A stretch of 40,449 bases of DNA from positions 3,634,850 through 3,675,298 of the forward strand of contig NC_057758.1 in assembly GCF_004010195.1 (NCBI RefSeq). The letters run 5' to 3'. The DNA comes from Chiloscyllium plagiosum (Eukaryota). Made by a program: the position numbers and the translations under genes. The notes beneath the pieces are model-generated. The model made no database searches. It saw only the letters and a list, made by a program, of their open reading frames with translations, and was not told the DNA's origin. Shown piece after piece: positions 13,256-23,815 of this stretch (position 1 is its first letter; every line of letters starts with the position of its first letter).

Positions 13256-13689
13256 GCTTCAGACCTCACAATTAAGAAAAGGTGAACCTTCATTCCGAGT
13301 CGACACGATGGCTGATTGGAAACATTGCTGCCTCACAGTCCATCAGAATCCCCTGCAACAACATGCCCACTACCGATGTCAGCTTTACTGGTCTATTTTT
13401 CCATAGGTTTTCGTCACAACTTTCTGACGTTAGACACCTTTCTGTCTTCCTTCATCTCTCCTGTGGATATATAAAATACGAAAAACTTAGCATGGGACCG
13501 AGCATTCACTTCACTAGCTTCCCACAAGCTTCTGGCATACCCATGATCAGTCTCTGAGCATTCATTCACCTTTGTGCATATTGAGATATCCATTACCACC
13601 TTCACTGTAAAATGAAAACTTTCAAAAGGTCACTATTTATTTTTCCCCTAGTACCAGAGCCTTATCCACTGTAAGCATTAAAGCATATT

Positions 13690-14180
13690 AATCGATGAAC
13701 ATCTCATTCATCCCTGCGGCCCCACACATAGAAGAACCTGTGGATATTTTCGGTGACCTCGTTATTCTCTCGTTGTTCTTTTGTCTTTTATGTACTTACG
13801 AAATGTCTTTGTATTCTCCTGAAAACTCGTTGCCAAAGTTATCTCATGTCTGCTTTTTGCCCTTTTGATTTCTCTTAAAAGTATTGCCCAACTGCTGTTA
13901 TACTCCACTAGGGATTCCCTCGATCCCAACTGACTGTACCTATAATAAGTTTCCTTCTTTTTCTGACTGGAGCTTCAATCTCTGTTTTCATTCAGCATTC
14001 TCTACACTTACCATTTCTGTCCTTCACACTGACGGGAATACACGGTCACTCGACTCTCGTTATGGTATTTTTGAACACACCGAACTTTGAAACGATCCTT
14101 TTTGCCCGCAAATCGTTTTTCCGAGTCAGAATTTCCTTTTGTTTGCATAATATGTTCAAAATTCGCCACATTCTAGATTA
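13690..14180 (-). mobile_element. CR1 LINE ORF2 internal fragment (duplicate at about 39010-39500)
   Basis: Copy B ORF 39225-39491 reads GKSDWENDL..FGAFKNKITRVERQCVPV..ECWMSTEIEAPVRKRRK, typical of the region between endonuclease and RT. Confidence 0.75.
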
Positions 14181-15355
14181 GACTTCAAAAGGTAATATAA
14201 GAATAAGAAGCATCTAAAACTATTTTTTAAAAAACCTAATAGTTAATGTTTAACAGTCTCAATATGTAGACGATGTCATCCTGTTTCCTTGTGAAAGGCT
14301 CGACAGGATGAATGGCCCCATCTCTCACGCTGCAAAAGGCTCAAGAGGCTGAATGGCTTCCTCCTGTCCCTCTGTTACATAATAGATACACTGAATGGCC
14401 TCTTGCTGTTAATATGTAGCAGGATTGATAGTCTAATGTCCACCTTCAATCCATCATTAGCACATTATTCCATGGTATCCGATGGATGATGACCATCGAT
14501 TCAACTGTATTTGATGGAGGCCCCTCCCTTCTCCTATACATAAACACACACAATAAAACTACTCCAGGTATCATCTCAGTAGCAACTCGGACAGCTGTAA
14601 CAATACTTCTCTGTATATTGATAAATTTTGCAAAATAAGGCAACATTCCAGAGCTCCACTTCGTCAAGTGATAATAGACAACATTGGGTTGAATGTTGTC
14701 TTCTTAACCCACTGTCACTGGCAGATGGGAACACAATTGATTCCCTGTGTTCCCGAACAGCAGTCTGAATGCTCTGAATAATGTTTCAAGGTTATGAATG
14801 AATTTAATAACACACTAATTAAAAGCTGGAGCAGCATTACACAGAGACAATGTGAAATGAATATCGTTGCCCGGCGTTCTGGTCTGCAACAATTCCCCGA
14901 AGAAGTCATTTTATGTAGCTGGGGCATTATTTTATCCCTGTCTCCTTGTATAAACAGAGTGGACCAGTTAGAAATATGCAGTCTTCTGACACTGTTTCTG
15001 TAAGCAAGGAAGAAAGATGAAAACGTTTCAAAGATTTATGGTCCATCCCATAGCAACCCTCAACATTTCGGTCAGACTGTGTAAATGTTCCCTTTCATTG
15101 TGATACGAAAAGTGATATAAGGAAGGTGTTAACTGAAACTGTTTGTTCAGAGACTGTTATTAATGCAAGTCTCCACAGATTCTAATTAAGCCAGTGGAGG
15201 CTTTATATCTGTAAATGATAAATGAGCTCCGTTCGATATTTAATTAAATAGTATGAGAGGAAGCATCACCCATAGCACTACTAGGATTCAGCAACTCCGG
15301 AGAAATTTAGCGAAGAGATCAGAATCTGAGAACATTCAAATGGAATGATCAAAAA

Positions 15356-15536
15356 ATGGATGATAATTTGAGAATGATAGACTGGAATGTTACAGCAATG
15401 GACAGGAGTTTAGCTGGGAGAATTTGGTATCTTTCTAAATACTATCATCGGTTGCCTTTATCACGTCGGATCGAACTTGTACTATTCATTATTCAATACA
15501 TTTATTATCCCATCCTGGCTATCGTTGGTGTCCCTC
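15356..15536 (+). CDS. Exon 1 of a class A GPCR, GPR139/GPR142-like (N-terminus and first half of TM1)
   Basis: ATG in a strong context (aaaATGG) opens MDDNLRMIDWNVTAMDRSLAGRIWYLSKYYHRLPLSRRIELVLFIIQYIYYPILAIVGVP. It contains an NVT sequon and a hydrophobic TM1 start, and ends at a canonical donor C|GTAAGT (GT at 15537, phase 1). In-frame ATGs at 15374 and 15398 are alternative starts. Confidence 0.85.
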
Positions 15537-15924
15537 GTAAGTCTCATTGTCCAAATATTGTTTTGATAAACTATGTGTGACTGTTTGATTGTACTTCTCA
15601 TGCTTCCACACCTTGTTACAGTTATTGTTCCTGCTGAGACACTGAGTCCAGAGATTCACCGTGCAAACCACTATTATATGCATCAGTGAACTTGTTCATT
15701 CATTCTCTCCATCTTTGCTTCAGGCAGTGCCCGTCGTAGGTCTCTCTGTGTTGACATACCCTCAATTCCATCTGTGAAACACAATATATTGTATCACTGC
15801 CCTTGTTAGTTAATGTTGAGAACTGATAATTCACTGTCTTGTGTTTTAGATGCAAGTTTCAATTCCTTCCTCTGACTTTATCCCATCTCTGGACAGTAAA
15901 TGAGATTGAAACGGGCGATTCACA

Positions 15925-17045
15925 ATTAGAACAAAGAATAATGAACAATACAGTTCTTCCATATTAATGCTGTTTCAATTACAAGATGTGTATCCCTCTA
16001 TTTCCTTCTTATCCATGTATTTGTCCAGATACTTCTTGAATGCTGATCTTTGTTTCTTGCTTCCACTACTTCCTCTGGCAGTGCATTCCAGGCATAACAT
16101 CTTTTGTGTGAAAAACTTGGCACGCACATCTAACGTATGGGCGGCATGGTGGCACAGTGGTTACCAATGGGCGGCATGGTGGCACAGTGCTTCGCACTGC
16201 TGCCTCACAGCGCCTGAGACGCGGGTTCAATTCCTGCCTCAGGCGACTGACTGTGTGGGCCTGTTTCCACACTGTAATGTAATATAATGTAAAAAAGAAA
16301 TGTAATTGCCCCACATATCTGTATGTTGAACCTGTGTCCCCAAGTAAATGACCACGCCACACTGCGAAAAAGCCTCATATTTTCGAATCTATCCATGCTA
16401 TTCACAATTTTTTAAACTTCCATCAGTTTCCCCTTTCAACCACCTGCATTCCAATGTAAGGAAACGCAGCCTGCCCAAACTTTATTCAAACATATAATCC
16501 CCCCAACAAACAACGTAATAATATTTTATGTAACCTCTCCAAAACATTCATGTCCTTCTGGTAATGTGTGTTCAGAACTGTACACAATATTCCAAATGTG
16601 CATTTTAAAATTAATGTTTTAAAAAGCTGCAGCATAACTTGACTATTGATATAATTCATGTCCCTTACATTGTCGCCAACTATGCCAAATGCCTTATTTT
16701 TACGATCTTAGCGATTTGCATTCCCAACCTCAGTGATCCGTGGACTTGCCCACACAGATCACCCGGCATTTCATTTTTTGCTCGACAATGATCACCTGTA
16801 CATCTCCTAACAAAATGTATCACGTCATACTTTTCCAATTAAACCTTCATCTACCATTTGTCTGCCCATGTCTTCAAACGCTGTACCTCCTGCTTGATCC
16901 GCTAACAATTCTGCTCACTTTTCACATTTCCATCAATTGTTCCATTGCCAAAAACTAATCTTAACAACAATGTTTTTCTGCAAATCATTTATGTCAAAGA
17001 TGAACAGCACAGATTCCAGCACTGGCCCTTGTAATGATACCTATA
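15925..17045 (-). mobile_element. Old intronic CR1 LINE relic, interrupted by a SINE
   Basis: ttgtccagatacttcttgaatg, ctggcagtgcattccaggca, cagaactgtacacaatattccaaatgtg, caaatcatttatgt..aacagca..cccagcactg. Confidence 0.65.
16137..16292 (+). mobile_element. tRNA-derived SINE (HE1-like), internally deleted, with duplicated 5' end
   Basis: A-box TGGCACAGTGG, B-box GGTTCAATTCC, gcactgctgcctcacagcgcc, then a direct jump to the tail gcctgtttccacactgtaatgtaat. Confidence 0.85.
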
Positions 17046-17544
17046 TCTGTGGTAATCCCTTTGACCATGAGTTGATTTCTGACACCATGCCCTACCATTT
17101 CCTTATTCTATTTCCAGAAACATCCAGAACATACCTGACTGGCTCATCCAAACTTCTATTTAAACTTGCAGCAGGGAAATATATTCTCATTGATTCGAAT
17201 AATCTGTAACTGACACTGCCAGCTTCAAATGTGTAGAAATAAATTCTGATTCGAAGCTCCATCCGAACTGAAACCAGAAATCCCCTGTATCGGTCATTCC
17301 TGTGAAAACGTCTCTGAATTGTTATTAGATCCGGCAATACACTAATGTTAATGTGCTTAATGACATCGTCCTATCTGTCCATTAAATGTCCAGCCATCTC
17401 TCTCTTTTGAAAACCCCAAGTCCTGCTAGTTCATCTTTAAACTAATTTCCTTCATGCACGTACTTTCTCAAACAATGACCCTCACCTATACCACGGTTCC
17501 CAACTTAGTCACACAGACTCACTCGCTTTTTTCTCTCTTGATCT

Positions 17545-17625
17545 GTCACGCAGACACAGACACATGCGCGCACGCACACGCTCACACACACACTCATACT
17601 GACACAATCTCACACGTCCACACAC
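17545..17625. repeat. Imperfect (CA)n microsatellite
   Basis: cacgcagacacagacacatgcgcgcacgcacacgctcacacacacactc... Confidence 0.7.
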
Positions 17626-17679
17626 CTATCCGCACGTTGAACTCATACAATGGAGATTTGGAGAAATCAATGTAGTGGA

Positions 17680-17891
17680 TAAATTTAGGACTGCAGATGC
17701 TGCTGTTGGGCAGAGTCAAAGAGTGTGGCGCTGAGAAAGCAGAGCTGGTAAAGCAGCATCTGAGGTATAAGAAAATCGATGTTTCAGGGACAAGACGGTC
17801 ATGATGAAGGGCTTCTGCCTGAAATGCCGATTCTCTTGCTCATCAGATACTGCCTGAGGACTTGTGCTTTCCCAGCGCCACACTCTTCGAC
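17680..17891. mobile_element. Fold-back (inverted-repeat) Penelope-derived short element
   Basis: 17715-17741 and 17865-17891 are reverse complements at 25/27. A decayed hammerhead-like motif, atgatgaagggcttctgcctgaaatgcc, starts at 17801. Confidence 0.75.
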
Positions 17892-18839
17892 ATTTCGACA
17901 TAAGTTTATAGGAACCACATTTATTTTCACTCACAACATAGGATGCAACTTCCCCATGATATGCTGTTATGTACTGCTTGTAGTACCAATATGCAGGCTT
18001 TTTTTTAAATGCTCGCCATACCGGTCAGATAGTTCAGCTTTCTGAATAATGAACTAGCATTGTCCTTGCCGCACTCCATATTGGCCTGTCGTCTTGTACC
18101 TCTTTACTGTGTCTCGGTTGGTCCAGATTCAGATGTTGAGAGAGCGAAGATCTGGCGATACCTTTATTCAATGTTCTCAATCATGTGACTTGGACCGTCT
18201 CAGATCTGAATCCTTCAGTTAGTACCACTCCTCTTGTCTTTTTTTCCCTATTTCTACCATATGTTCTCAGGAAAGAAAGTATGTTTCTGTTTTCAATACG
18301 AATCTTCCAGTCCCTCTGTACCTTTTCTGGCCTTGGTATATTGCTCTTGAGATTATCAAGTATCGGCCTTGTGAACCTCAGAAACAATAAAATGGAATGT
18401 TTCGGGCTGTTGCTTACTTTCTACTGTATCCCTTGTGGTGCTGTATTTTGGACAAGGGTTTGATCAGGTTTGACTCACGTCTTTGAAATGCTGTCTGTAT
18501 CTGTGCACTCAGTGCCAATGTGTGCCACTCTGAGCTGATCATGCGTTCAGTAACTCAGGTATGCTAGGAGGAAGCTTATCGTGAATTACCGGACAGAACA
18601 AAATATCTAACTTGCAGCTGAGGGGATTTGACTGACTCCTGTTATTGAATATTTAGAGGAGTTGCTGGAGGTGGTTTACTGGATGTTGTTCTGTGACATG
18701 TTTCAGACATTCAGGGAGACCTGAGGATTTCGTGCTCCAACTCTTGATGGAGCATGAGTACTGTAGTGCATCATCAAGGTCTGTAACATGAGCAACAAAT
18801 GGAGCCGAGTCTGCAGGGAGTGGAAACTCTGAAATCGCA

Positions 18840-19930
18840 GTGTCATAAAGTCATAGTGGTGTGCAGCAGCGAAACAGCTACTTTGGTATAACTCATCCAA
18901 GTCGACTAGACATTATGCATTAATCTAGTCCCATTTGCCAGCATGTGGACCATATCGCTCTAAACACTTAGTATTCATCTACTCATCCAGATGTCTTTTG
19001 AATATTGCACTTGTACCAGCCTCCTGCTCTTGCTCTGGCAGCTCATGTTGTACACGCACCATCCTCTGCCTGAAACATTTGATCTTATATTCTTCTCGCA
19101 TGCTTCCCTTATCACCTTAAACCTATGCCTTCTAGTTTTGGGCTCGCCCACTCTTGAAAAAGAACATTGACTATCAGGTGTATCCATGCCCTGCATGATT
19201 GTCTTAGCTTATTTCAGGTTATTACTCAGCCCCGATGCTCCAGGGAAAGCAGCCCCAACATATTCAGCCAGTCCCTACAGCACAAATTCTCGAACACTGG
19301 GAACATGCTTGTGAATCTTATTGGCACCATTTCATGTTTCACGCCATTTTTCCAATAGTAGGGAGATGGGAAATAAATGTTGTAATCCAAAAGTGGTCTA
19401 ACCAATGCCTTGCATGGCCACGACATGATTTCCCTACTCCAAGACTCAGTGCAGTGACCAAAAAAGGGCAATCGTAAAGAACACCTTCTTCACTTTCCTG
19501 TCTGCCTATGCGACTGATTTCAAGGATTAGAGAATCTAATCTAATCTAATCTAATCTAATCTAATCTAATCTAATCTAATCTAATGTTGCGATGTGCACA
19601 TGCATGGCACGTCGTATTGGTGAATACCCACAGCCCTAAATGTAGCCATAGCCTCTTCATTCAGAAGCAGTCAGCCATTATTAACGGCTTCTGAACTTGT
19701 ACTCCAAGGTCTCTTGGTTCAGCAAAACTCTCTTGATTCTGTACATAAGTCCAGCCTTGATTTGCCAGACCAAAATACAGGAACTTAGATTTATCAAAGT
19801 TAATCTGAATCTGGTATTCCTTGGCCCAACGACCCATTTACTTAAGGCCTCATCGGACTCGGAGATAACATTCATCTCTGCCCATTAAACCATCAATTAT
19901 GGTGCCATTTGCAAACTCACTAACGATCGG
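18840..19930 (-). mobile_element. CR1 LINE ORF2 3' part and tail, interrupted at 19528-19691
   Basis: ORFs 19226-19471 (KALVRPLLDY..SPYY..RFTSMFP..LGLLSLEHR) and 18975-19196 (KTRRHRFKVI). Tail gtcataaagtcatag. Confidence 0.82.
19533..19585. repeat. (AATCT)n microsatellite, about 10.6 perfect units
   Basis: Direct reading of the sequence. Confidence 0.95.
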
Positions 19931-19945
19931 CTTCCTATAATATCG

Positions 19946-20378
19946 TTTACTGTACATCCACTAATATCATTTATTGTATCCGTTGCTCCCGATGCGGTCT
20001 CCTCTACATTGGGGAGACTGGGCGCCTCCTAGCAGAGCGCTTTAGGGAACATCTCCGAGAAACCCGCACCAATCAACCACACCGCCCCGTGGCCCAACAT
20101 TTCAATTCCCCTCCCACTCTGCCGAGGACCTGGAGGTCCTGGGCCTCCTTCACCGCCGCTCCCTCACCACCAGACACTCTATGCTACTCTCTCCCCACCC
20201 CCACCCTCCCCTAGCTTATCTCTCCCCGCTTCAGGCTCACTGCCTTTATTCCTGATGAAGGGCTTTTGCCCGAAAAGTCGATTTCGCTGCACGTTGGATA
20301 CTGCCTGAACTGCTGTGCTCTTCCAGCACCACTGATCCAGAATCTGGTTTCCAGCATCTGCAGTCATTGTTTTTACCT
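19946..20378 (+). mobile_element. Relatively young Penelope-like element fragment (GIY-YIG endonuclease plus 3' region)
   Basis: Translates as CTSTNIIYCIRCSRCGLLYIGETGRLLAERFREHLRETRTNQPHRPVAQHFNSP, with an internal deletion near 20177, then the C-rich region, hammerhead motif and ctgcagtcattgtttttacc end. CpG-rich, which suggests youth. Confidence 0.9.
20247..20285 (+). ncRNA. Minimal type I hammerhead ribozyme motif
   Basis: CTGATGA (20252-20258), a, stem II GGGC-tttt-GCCC, GAAA (20272-20275), a, GTC. Core boxes are intact; minimal hammerheads are a known feature of Penelope-like elements. Confidence 0.65.
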
Positions 20379-20879
20379 TCCTCTGTTCCTTTCCGACTTA
20401 TTCATATAAATCACAAAAAATGAACATTACACCAATTATTCTGGCGCACCATTAGTCACAAGCATCCATTCCAAAACGTATGCCTTCACCACATGCTCTG
20501 AATACTACCTTCAATCCAATTTTGTATTCAAATATCTTTTTATCGCTGTATTCCATGCACAGTCTTAACAGAACTTAACAGTCTACCATGACAAACCCTG
20601 TTGAACGTCCTACAGAAATGTGAAAATGCAATTACCACAGGTGTGTGCATGTGTGGGCGCGCGTGACTGTGTTTTGGAGTGTGGGTGAGATAGGGAAGTA
20701 ACTTGATGTATCCATCCCAGGATTTCCAAGAACACGTCCCCAACCTACGCTTAACCCAGGAGCAGTGTGTGAGGGATCCAAGGAGCTGGTCACAGAGCGT
20801 TGTCACCTCCTGCAACACGACTTGCAGCTTCACACCAGCGGAAGGATAGTGCTAGAGTCACAGTTTCATTCAGTTTCGA

Positions 20880-21560
20880 ATATCAGGAAATGGCCTGGCA
20901 GGTATGGGTAACATATCAACCATCTCCCATGATGCTTACATCAATGTTGGAGGACATATATTGCGGATTAGGTTAATGCAATGCGCTCTCTCTCAGCAGG
21001 GAGCAACCCAGTGTATGCTTGTTTTCCCGGTATAGCGGTATTCACAATCATATACATGGGCCTATGTGGTCCACATGTCATCGCGGAGAAGGAGAGGGAC
21101 TGAAGGATCTCTCAGTGATTATCACTGCTGTCTCACAGCACCAGGATTCCAGGTTCGATTCCAGCCTTGGGAGACTATCTGTGTGGAGTTTGCACATCCT
21201 CCCCATGTCTGCATGTCTGCATGGGTTTCCAGAGGGTGCTCCGGTTTGCTCCCATAGGTCATTGTGGACTTGTTGGGACGTAGGACCTGTTTCCACGCTG
21301 TAGAGAATCTAATCTAATATAATAGAATCTAATGTTGCAATGTGCCCATGCATGGCACGTCGTGTTGGTGAATACCCACAGTGGTGAACAGCCAGAGCCT
21401 CTTCATTTAGAAACAGTCAGCCATTCCCAACGGCTTCATGTCTTCACGTGCAAGGAAAACATGGCCTTTCAGATTGACGTCATATCCTTAATGCGGGGCT
21501 TGAAACACCCCCCTGCTCATCACTTGCCACTGAGAGAAATGGGACCCTTGAGAACATGAC
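20880..21560 (-). mobile_element. Possible highly decayed PIF/Harbinger transposase relic, split by a SINE
   Basis: Minus-strand fragments in the expected order: FLSVASDEQGxxQ, GYSPTRRAMHGHIA (cf. GFP..GAIDGTHI), VNTAIPG..LRES and IMGDG*Y (cf. LLGDxGY). Weak, by eye. Confidence 0.4.
21110..21333 (+). mobile_element. tRNA-derived SINE (HE1-like)
   Basis: cactgctgtctcacagcaccagg, B-box GGTTCGATTCC, tgtgtggagtttgcacatcctcccc, ggtgctccggttt, tail cctgtttccacgctgtagagaatctaatctaat. Confidence 0.88.
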
Positions 21561-22009
21561 AAAGCAGTCCATCAGATTTAGCAAAACTTGCGAAGTCTGA
21601 ACGGGTAAGAGTGAATCTTCCAGTTCACACTGTATCACGAATGCTGCTATCTCTCTCTCTTTCACTCATATACTGCCTCACATTCGTCCTGAAACTAAAA
21701 TGACATGGGATATGTCATGTTATATTCGATCTTCCAAACTTTTACCCGCTGTTTTCACCTCCAAGTATTCATTTGGACACTCTGCACCTTCCCTGAATGA
21801 TGTAATTGTCTGTTTACATTAACGTCATCGCCTAACATAGTTACAGTGCATTTATGCTGAATCATTGATACGGCTTCCAAACAGCTGAACACCCAATACT
21901 GCTTACTGTGTGACTTGACATGATATGTTCTGTCAAACTGATCAAGGCTGATTTATTTCGAGTTACTGATTGCTGTTTGGTACCTATTCGTAACGCATGC
22001 TCATGTTAC

Positions 22010-22795
22010 ACATTCAAGTTTCCTTATCGACATCAATGATTTGAATGAGGATGTACAAGGCATGATTCGTAAGTTGCTGATGAAACTAAAGTAGATGATA
22101 CCATAGAAAGTTCGGAAAGTTATCAGAAATTACAGCAGGATCTTGATCAGCGGGGAAGTGGACCGAGTAATGCAAAATGGAGTTTCATGTAGATAAGTGT
22201 GAGGCGTTGTGTTTTGGCACCTCAAATAAAGGTAGAATTTTATGGTCAATGTTCGGACCTGAAGGAGTGTACCAGAGTAGTGGGGCCATGGAGTTCAGGT
22301 TCACAGTTCACTTAAAGTGGCGTCACAGATCGTTAGGGCAGTGAGGACGGCCTTTGGTACACTGACATTCATCGATCAGGGCACTGAGTACAGAAATTGC
22401 ACAATTATGTTAGAGCTAAAAAAAGACGTTAATGAGGCCGGACTCAGAGTATAAGTGTTCAGGTTGGGCCACCTTGCTGTCGAAAGGATGTTATTAAACT
22501 GGAAAGAGTGCAGAAGAAATTTGCAGTAATGTTGCCAGGACTCAACACTCTCATTTTTAGAGAGAGTTTGGATTTTCCAAATTTTTCCAAATTTTTTTGG
22601 AGACTGTGTGAGGTCCTCATAGAAGTGTATAAGGTCATGAGGGGCATGGATAGACCGAATGCACTCATCATTTTTCATAGCATTGGGATCCGAGGGTGAG
22701 CGGGCCTAAGTTTAAGGTTAGAGTGGAAAGAGTAAAATGGAAACTGAGGCGCAATTGTTTTGCAACGAGTGTGCTACGCATATGGAATGAACACA
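22010..22795 (+). mobile_element. CR1 LINE RT domain to near the 3' end, decayed
   Basis: atcaatgatttg..taagttgctgatgaaactaaa (INDL..KFADDTK with a frameshift), LQQDLD, LERVQKKFAVMLPGL, LIEVYKVMRGMDR. Confidence 0.85.
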
Positions 22796-22899
22796 AATCC
22801 ATGAAGTAAAATTTTATTTCACATTCCTTTCTAGATTGCTCTCTGCTCTCTCGCATTCAGCTCCGCCCTGAGTCAAGTGAACCCCTCTGACACCTGTCT

Positions 22900-23140
22900 T
22901 TCAATTCTTCTTATTTGTGAACTTGAACTTGATATTGAGTCCAGAGTGATGCAAATTCTCTCAGAAGAATATGAGATGTTTCTTTTCGAAATGATGGTGA
23001 GCTTCGCTGAAGCACTGGACTAAGCCTGAGAAAGATGATGGACAGGGAATAGGTTCGTGCATGCAAGTGTAAGACAGCTGGAAGCTCTGGTTCACTTTTG
23101 CGGGTGGAATTTAGAGCTCTATGAAGTAGCCATGCAGTCT
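22900..23140 (-). mobile_element. Old Penelope-like GIY-YIG C-terminal relic
   Basis: The - strand reads QCFSEAHHHFEKKHLIFF*ENLHHSGLNIKF, matching the LEExHLIFRLxTLQPxGxNxxF end of the element at 5084-5200. Confidence 0.55.
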
Positions 23141-23815
23141 GGTGCCCTGACTTGAGAACTGATCATCGGAGGAAAATGTCAGGTTTTTTTTTCCAGAACC
23201 AAGGGGTTAAAAGTAAATGATAATTGGAGAGAAATCCGAAAGAGAGAGAACAGTTGGACGGAAAAAGGAGTGGAACAATCTATGGAGTGTTCTTCAACTG
23301 ATGGTATTAGTCACTGGCCAAAAGTCAGTGAATTGACCAAAAGACATGATTCTTAAGAAAGACATCACGTTGCAGGGAGAAGAACACATTGTTTCGAAGT
23401 ACATTCAGGCAGTTAATGGGGTGGACTTTTTTGTCTGTGTTTACGTTTCTTCAGGACAGAATGGCGACCACAACTGAGATTGAAAGACAGGAATTTTCAA
23501 CCTCCGTTTCTCTGTAAGGTTGAACCGTTCAGAACCGTTAAGAACGATTTTCACTTTTCCTGTCAGGAAATGTAAAGAAATAAACTTTGCTTACTTGCAA
23601 GTGATCGAGTGTGTGACAGTGTCTTAGAAACTTTATGTTCTTATGAATGGTCGTCTCCGTGTTTGGGAAAGGAGGATTTCTTGTATTTACGTCACATTTC
23701 TGAAGTAATTCAGACATTGCGCTGTGTTATTGCAGCACCAATAATTTCAATAGATCTCCAAGTGAGCCATTTGAAATCTGACAAAGCATAATTTCTTTGT
23801 TTACTTTCCTTACAG

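Larger units (their letters stand above)
7467..15128 (+). repeat. Segmental duplication, copy A (upstream region of the GPCR gene)
   Basis: Colinear with 32669-40449 from catgtttggacaatg to gtgatataaggaaggtg, with the same nested repeats in the same order. Many substitutions and small indels. Confidence 0.97.

Noticed and set aside
14794..15003. 69-aa ORF open in both duplicates (also 40115-40324), possibly an upstream coding exon
   Set aside because: No recognisable domain, several amino-acid changes between copies, and survival is expected at this identity. Splicing from its GTAAGC (15000) to the TTTAG at 15310 would be out of frame with the receptor.
15200..15252. TATA-like sequences (tttatatct, tttaattaaata) upstream of exon 1
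   Set aside because: Non-canonical and in AT-rich DNA; cannot be called without TSS data.
15537..15580. Tail of the 74-aa ORF (RKSHCPNIVLINYV)
   Set aside because: Read-through into the intron past the GTAAGT donor.
16139..16240. tRNA gene (A and B boxes)
   Set aside because: The boxes belong to a tRNA-derived SINE head followed by SINE body and tail; no complete cloverleaf. The same applies at 21110.
23797..23815. TTG start of the 308-aa ORF as a single-exon gene
   Set aside because: These bases are the polypyrimidine tract and acceptor. The ORF lacks the N-terminus and half of TM1, which exon 1 supplies in the correct phase.
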